From an uncultured Pelagibacteraceae bacterium (GTDB taxonomy: Bacteria; Pseudomonadota; Alphaproteobacteria; Pelagibacterales; Pelagibacteraceae): 64,000 nt of DNA. The stretch's first letter is position 1. The number at the start of each line of letters is the position of its first letter. Below are positions 61,231 to 64,000 of this stretch, one piece after another. Under the pieces are notes generated by a model, which had not been told where the DNA came from, ran no database searches, and saw only the letters and a program-made list of their open reading frames with translations. The stretch is from NCBI GenBank assembly GCA_902583355.1, contig CACHVP010000002.1:24094-88093 (forward strand). Reading direction: 5' to 3'. A program made the position numbers and the translations under genes.

Positions 61231-62709
61231 TTAAATCGTATTTTGTTTAATAAATTGTTGGGCTGCTTTTAAGATTAGTGTTTTTCTATCGCTTTTCATT
61301 TTGTCGAAAACCCTTACCATCATTGAAAGCCTAGGGTTTTTTGAAAAAAACTTTCTATTTTTATTAATAAAATTCCAATAGAGACCGTCCATTGTGTTAC
61401 ACCATTCTCCTCTTTTAAAATCCATCATTTTGAGAAAATAACTAGATCCACAAATGTAAGGTTTAGTTGCAAATATTCCGCCGTCACTAAAAAGGCCCAT
61501 ACCATAAACGTTTGGCGCCATTACCCAATCGGAAGAATCGACAAACATTTCCATAAACCATTTATAAACTTGTTTAGGATGTATCTGACATAGATTCATT
61601 ATATTTGCTAATATCATTAGTCTTTCAATATGATGTGACCAACCATAATTTAAAGCATTTTTAATTGAGTGATCCAATGGATCTAAACCAGTGGTGCCAT
61701 TATACCAAGACAATTTCATTTTATTTTTGTGATTAAAAAAATTTGTATTTTCAAGACGATTATCATAGTTTTGATAAATTCCCCTCATAAATTCTCTCCA
61801 ACCAATAATTTGTCTAACATAACCTTCTAAAGAATTTATTCTTACTTTTTTTTCAATTTTTTTTACTTTTTCTAAAATTTCACTTGGCGTTATTAATCCT
61901 AGATTGATTATGGGGCTTAAAGCACTATGAAATAAAACATTCGATTTTTTACTCACTGCATCTTCATAATCACCAAAGAGATCAATTTTTTCTTTAAGAA
62001 ATTGATCTAAAAGTTTTTGGCCTTGATCTCTTGTAGTTGGAAACCAAAAATTATTTGTTGATCCAGGATGATTTTTAAAATTTAATTCAACAAATTTTTT
62101 AAGTTCATCAGTATGAGATGTAAATTTTAAATTTAGTTTTTTAGGTATTTTAACTGTATCTGGTAATTTCTTTCTATTCTCTTCATCAAAGCTCCATTTG
62201 CCACCTTCGGGTGTTCCATCCTTATTCATTAAAATATTAAATTTTGATCTATTTATTTTATAAAAATTTGCCATAAATGGCTTTTTTGTACTTTTAAGAT
62301 ATTTTTTAAATTCCTCTCTGGATGTAAGAAACATTGGAGATTTAATTTCTTTAAAATTTAAATTTTTTTTCTTTAAAAAAGACTTTAGTCTTTTTTCAAA
62401 AAAAATATCCTCTATCTCAAAAAAACTGACTTCTTTAATTTTTTTATTTTTGATTATTTTTTCAAGTTTTTTTTCATATGAAAGTTTAAAATCTTTGTGA
62501 CAATCATTATAAATGACTTTAAATTTTTTTGTTTTTAATTCATCTCTATATGAACGCATTGATGAAAGAAAAAGCAAAATTTTGAGTTTGTGATGTTTTT
62601 GAAACGTACATAAACCGAGATCCTCTGACATATAAAAAATATGTTCAGAAAATTTTTCAAGATACTTTGGATTGAACAACTGATTGCCAAGAATTAAAAA
62701 TAACTTCAT
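61231..62709 (-). CDS. cryptochrome/photolyase-family protein (photolyase-related, COG3046 type)
   Basis: MKLFLILGNQLF N-terminus, GWREFMRGIY, WSHHIERLMILAN, DWVMAPNVYGMG, KPYICGSSY. I take ATG 62709 as the start rather than TTG 62718. Confidence 0.8.
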   Translation of the reverse strand: MKLFLILGNQLFNPKYLEKFSEHIFYMSEDLGLCTFQKHHKLKILLFLSSMRSYRDELKTKKFKVIYNDCHKDFKLSYEKKLEKIIKNKKIKEVSFFEIEDIFFEKRLKSFLKKKNLNFKEIKSPMFLTSREEFKKYLKSTKKPFMANFYKINRSKFNILMNKDGTPEGGKWSFDEENRKKLPDTVKIPKKLNLKFTSHTDELKKFVELNFKNHPGSTNNFWFPTTRDQGQKLLDQFLKEKIDLFGDYEDAVSKKSNVLFHSALSPIINLGLITPSEILEKVKKIEKKVRINSLEGYVRQIIGWREFMRGIYQNYDNRLENTNFFNHKNKMKLSWYNGTTGLDPLDHSIKNALNYGWSHHIERLMILANIMNLCQIHPKQVYKWFMEMFVDSSDWVMAPNVYGMGLFSDGGIFATKPYICGSSYFLKMMDFKRGEWCNTMDGLYWNFINKNRKFFSKNPRLSMMVRVFDKMKSDRKTLILKAAQQFIKQNTI

Positions 62710-62738
62710 TGGAATCAAAATATATAATTTATTTCTTT

Positions 62739-63581
62739 TTAAGAATTAGCTCTTTTGAAGCACTCAACTGTATTATTAAGTAGACAGGCGATAGTCATGG
62801 GACCTACACCGCCCGGAACTGGAGTTATTGCTCGGGCTATTTTTGAAACCTCATCGAAATCTACATCTCCTACTATTCCCGATTCAGTTTTATTAATACC
62901 AACATCAATTATTACGGCATTTTTTTTTACCCAATCTCCTTTTACAAGTTTAGGTTTGCCCACAGCAGCAACAATAATATCAGCCTTATTGCATACAGCT
63001 TTTAGATCTTTAGTTTTGGAATGCGTAATTGTTACTGTACAATTTTCTTTAAGCAAAAGCTGAGCCATGGGTTTGCCATTTAAATTTGATCTACCAATAA
63101 TTACAGCGTGCTTGCCACTTAAATTTTTTTCTACTTCTTTAATCAGTAAATAACAGCCCAAAGGTGTACAGGGAATATTGCTTTCATAACCAGATGATAA
63201 ATTTCCAACATTTATTGGATGGAAACCATCAACATCTTTGTTTGGAAGAATAGTATCAATAACTCGTTTTTTATTAATATGTTTAGGCAAAGGAAGTTGA
63301 ACGAGAATTCCTGAGACTTTTTTATTTTTATTTAGCTCTTTAATCTTATCTAAAACAACTTTTTCTTCTATATTTTCAGGGTATCTTATAACTTCTGAGT
63401 TCATGCCAACTTCTTTAGAAAATTTTTCTTTATTTTTCACATAAATTTTACTTGCAGGGTCCTCCCCGATTAAAATTACGGTCAAACCAGGTATAGATTT
63501 AAGAGTTGATTTCAGATTTATAATATTTTTTTTTAAATTTTCTCTTAATTTTGCTGCTATTTTTTTTCCATCAATAATCAT
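62739..63581 (-). CDS. folD: bifunctional methylenetetrahydrofolate dehydrogenase/cyclohydrolase
   Basis: PASKIYVKNKEK, ILVQLPLP, GRSNLNGKPMAQLL, PVPGGVGPMT. Confidence 0.95.
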   Translation of the reverse strand: MIIDGKKIAAKLRENLKKNIINLKSTLKSIPGLTVILIGEDPASKIYVKNKEKFSKEVGMNSEVIRYPENIEEKVVLDKIKELNKNKKVSGILVQLPLPKHINKKRVIDTILPNKDVDGFHPINVGNLSSGYESNIPCTPLGCYLLIKEVEKNLSGKHAVIIGRSNLNGKPMAQLLLKENCTVTITHSKTKDLKAVCNKADIIVAAVGKPKLVKGDWVKKNAVIIDVGINKTESGIVGDVDFDEVSKIARAITPVPGGVGPMTIACLLNNTVECFKRANS

Positions 63582-63583
63582 AT

Positions 63584-63874
63584 TTAAAACATCGAAGGAG
63601 CAAAAAACTCAAATATTAAATTTCTAGCAAACATCAAAAGCAAAATCAGAACCACCGGAGAAATATCTATACTTCCCAAGTTTGGTAAAAAATTTCTTAT
63701 AGGTCTTAATAGTGGATCAGTCATTTTGTAACTAATATCCAATACAGAGTAAACCAGTCTATTTGAGGTATTTAAAACATTAAAAGCAATCAGCCAGCTT
63801 AGAACGGCATTAATTATGAGTATCCAAATATAAATGCTAACCACGCTGTCTATTAATATTAAAATAGATTTCAT
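63584..63874 (-). CDS. yggT: YggT-family membrane protein
   Basis: 96 aa, 2-3 TM segments. LTDPLLRPIRNFLPNLGSIDISPVVL. Confidence 0.82.
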   Translation of the reverse strand: MKSILILIDSVVSIYIWILIINAVLSWLIAFNVLNTSNRLVYSVLDISYKMTDPLLRPIRNFLPNLGSIDISPVVLILLLMFARNLIFEFFAPSMF

Positions 63875-64000
63875 TATTTTTTCTCCACATAAATAGATTG
63901 ACTGGGAAAAGCAAAAGAGGCTTTGTTTTTTTCAACTATTTCTTTTATTGCGATTGCTAATCTTTCTTTAACTTTTAACCACTCTGACCATTTATCAGTA
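63874..64000 (-). CDS. 3' end of an unidentified gene (5' part outside window)
   Basis: The minus-strand frame is open from the window edge to TAA at 63876-63874 (...DKWSEWLKVKERLAIAIKEIVEKNKASFAFPSQSIYVEKK). The stop overlaps the yggT ATG (TAATG). Confidence 0.4.
   Translation of the reverse strand, partial: TDKWSEWLKVKERLAIAIKEIVEKNKASFAFPSQSIYVEKK

Overview
The window is AT-rich (roughly 30% GC by eye) and extremely gene-dense. It holds about 75 protein genes, most spacers are under 30 bp, and many neighbours overlap by 1-40 nt, including convergent pairs. Three features point to an alphaproteobacterium: irr next to fabA-fabB-fabI, system-I cytochrome c maturation genes, and an E. coli-like miaB-ybeZ-ybeY-lnt / nusA-infB-rbfA-rpsO-pnp order. 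The extreme compaction suggests a streamlined marine lineage of the SAR11/Pelagibacterales type; that assignment is an inference. The content is core housekeeping:
- katG (partial), irr, fabABI
- a 12.9-kb run of translation and RNA genes
- trpS, murJ, maeB
- rsmI with lpoA-like and BON-lipoprotein genes
- grpE-dnaK-dnaJ-dapB-nth
- a TRAP transporter with an amidase
- a glycolate/glyoxylate module (glcDEF, two further 2-hydroxyacid enzymes, an aminotransferase)
- ccmCDEFGH, argG, folD
- a photolyase-related operon

I saw no rRNA, tRNA, CRISPR array, transposase, integrase, phage gene or recognisable defence gene, and I cannot support a large new multi-gene system here. The observations most worth a second look:
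1. A near-perfect Irr box (ICE) lies inside the promoter of katG, directly downstream of irr.
2. metK is broken by two +1 shifts, both in poly-A runs, in the middle of an otherwise intact, tightly coupled operon.
3. A 42-codon DUF2256-type zinc-ribbon gene missing from the ORF track follows the photolyase-related gene in the same frame, after a single TAA.
4. The largest spacer in the window (upstream of ccmC) carries a strand-specific hairpin with a CU-rich loop and flanking direct repeats.
5. Several promoter-like elements abut start codons, which implies leaderless or near-leaderless mRNAs.

All functional calls come from motifs I recognise in the translations. No database search was possible.
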